From Paraphysomonas bandaiensis (taxonomy: Eukaryota; Protista; Chrysophyceae): DNA of 64,000 nt. Numbering within the stretch: position 1 is the first letter of the stretch; the number at the start of each line of letters is the position of its first letter. Of the stretch, positions 62,309 to 64,000 are shown in pieces. Position numbers and translations under genes: made by a program. A model generated the notes under the pieces. That model was given only the letters and a program-made list of their open reading frames with translations, ran no database searches and had not been told where the DNA came from. The DNA lies in contig CBFFRP010000107.1 in the NCBI GenBank assembly GCA_965644295.1, forward strand, positions 1 through 64,000, in the 5' to 3' direction.

Positions 62309-63366
62309 CTAGTCTGCCTTTTTCCCATTAGTTTTCTCTGTCGCTGAACTAGAATCCCCAGTCTTCTTTTTGTTTTTGCTATACTTGTTGTGTAGCTCTA
62401 GCAGAAGTCCTGAAAACACCATCGTGACACCAGCCCACTGCATATTAGTCAGCTGGTGCCCGAAGGAGAAGACTGACACCAAAATAGTGAAAAACTTCCT
62501 AGTCGTTGTAATAGTTGCTAACGTAAGTGCATCGAAATTCGATATCGTATAAAATATGAAGTTTTGCCCAGCAGCAGATGTGAGAGAGGCTGTGGCGATA
62601 AAGTAGATTACATCCGGATTAGTCATACAGTAACCCACGCCCATTGCAAACTGCCCTGTCACTAAGACCAAAACTGTCAGGAGAGCAACAGCCCAAAGAT
62701 TCAAGTAAAACATTAACTCGTGTGTTGTGAGACGATATTTATCCTGTAGCTTGTCTTGGGATGCTCCTGTAACACCATCTAGCACTAAGGACAAAAACAA
62801 CAGAGCCAAGCCGTAGATCGAGTTTTCACCTCCAGATTTTCCTTGTTGAAAGATATTTATTCCTCCAGTAATAAGCAGAACAGCAACTGTCTCTAATAAA
62901 GAGTATCGCTGTATACAGATCATGATCAGCATCATGCTCTGTTTGTATACAAAATAACATCACATACCTTGCCGCGAATGAGGAATCCAAAGAGCATCAC
63001 GGGAATCATCTTGCAGGATTTACCTAATGCCTGAGTTGGATACGAAAGATATTTCAATGCTTCGTTGGAAAAGAGCATGGCGCAGATATAGCTAAGCCCA
63101 CAGGTGACGTACGATGAAGCTGGAGGTGAGTTCTTTGAGGAACCAAATATGAGCATTGCAACACCGGAGATAGCAACATTTGTAACACACTGTATTAGTA
63201 AAAAGAAAAAGGTAGCAACAAATTTTTCGCCCTTTGGAGAAGTGTAGCCGTAGAGGGATTCTTGGCATATACCGTAGGCAATGTAACACGAGTAAATACC
63301 ACCTACTGCGAGAAGAAGCTTTAGTTCAGGCGGCCATTCCCGCTGTTTTTCTGTTGCAGTACTCAT
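62309..63366 (-). CDS. SLC35B1/UAA-family nucleotide-sugar transporter (2 exons)
   Basis: SNEALKYLSYPTQALGKSCKMIPVM, DGVTGASQD, GQNFIFYTI, ITTTRKFFTIL, C-terminal dilysine KKAD. Confidence 0.92.
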
Positions 63367-64000
63367 AGTAACAATAGCGTCAAAATAAGTTGAAGAGAGT
63401 AACAATGAATAGACACAGCTGTGTAGAGAGAGAACAATGCAAAGATGTAGCAGTCAAAGCTCTACGAGTATGCAACACCGCAAAATGCCACAAACAAACT
63501 ATCGCATTATGGCACTCAACTGCTCTAGAATACACATATTTAGCAGTATACGTGCATATACGGACTGTATAACTACCTGTCCACGTGTCAATTCTACTGT
63601 GAAACAATATATATACAGTAGACTACAGAGTGTATACATACAACTCCATAGACGGCAGCACAGTAGACTACTACGTAGGAATACCGCTGTATATCATGGA
63701 TAATTGTTCCAGAATCCACTCACTAACCACAACACCACGAGCAGCAGACCAAAGATAGTGCCGTGATAGTTATGTATGTATGGTATACAGTGTGATGGTA
63801 GCTACTACAGCAGTGGAATATGAGGTGCAGATCCTGTGAGTGATATCTGCCCGCCTGATATACATACACAACAATAGTAATCAGTAAGAGAGGCTTGTGG
63901 GACTGCAGTGATCAAGATCAATGTCGATTGCTTTGATCTATCATTAACACTGTGCTCAGTAGTTAGAGATCTGCTCATATACATATACACACACTGCTTC

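Noticed and set aside
4978-63366. Sulfated-glycan gene cluster (two sulfotransferases plus SLC35B1)
   Set aside because: The genes are tens of kb apart and interspersed with unrelated housekeeping genes.

Overview
Compact eukaryotic genomic DNA with many genes split by short (~45-110 nt) GT-AG introns. The gene and transposon content suggests a stramenopile-type protist (inference only). About 20 housekeeping genes are present: two sulfotransferase-like proteins, MATE, SARAF, S49/SohB peptidase, SRPRB, SmD2, Kelch, mitochondrial L32, a receiver-domain protein, eL42, TM9SF, phosphoglycolate phosphatase, FUN14, ankyrin, RING, class I fumarase, DmpA/S58, SET and SLC35B1. Three mobile-element regions stand out. 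(1) An intact-ORF Ty1/copia element (28785-34162, minus) sits inside an (ATAC)n microsatellite. It has no recognisable tRNA primer site; instead a 27-nt segment ending in the gag ATG is complementary to its own LTR (candidate self-priming). Its integrase appears to be D,D,D, and a 379-bp fold-back copy of its U3 plus host flank is inserted exactly at the LTR/leader junction. This is the best candidate for an undescribed system. (2) A Mutator-like TIR family (9-bp TSD) has one complete copy carrying a 78-unit 28-bp array with a binary C/T higher-order pattern; another end of the same family bounds a left-hand block with a spliced Crypton-like gene and AT-rich virus-like DNA (NUMOD4-HNH-AP2). 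(3) Two non-autonomous hAT elements have exact 8-bp TSDs. All family assignments come from motif recognition; no database search was run.
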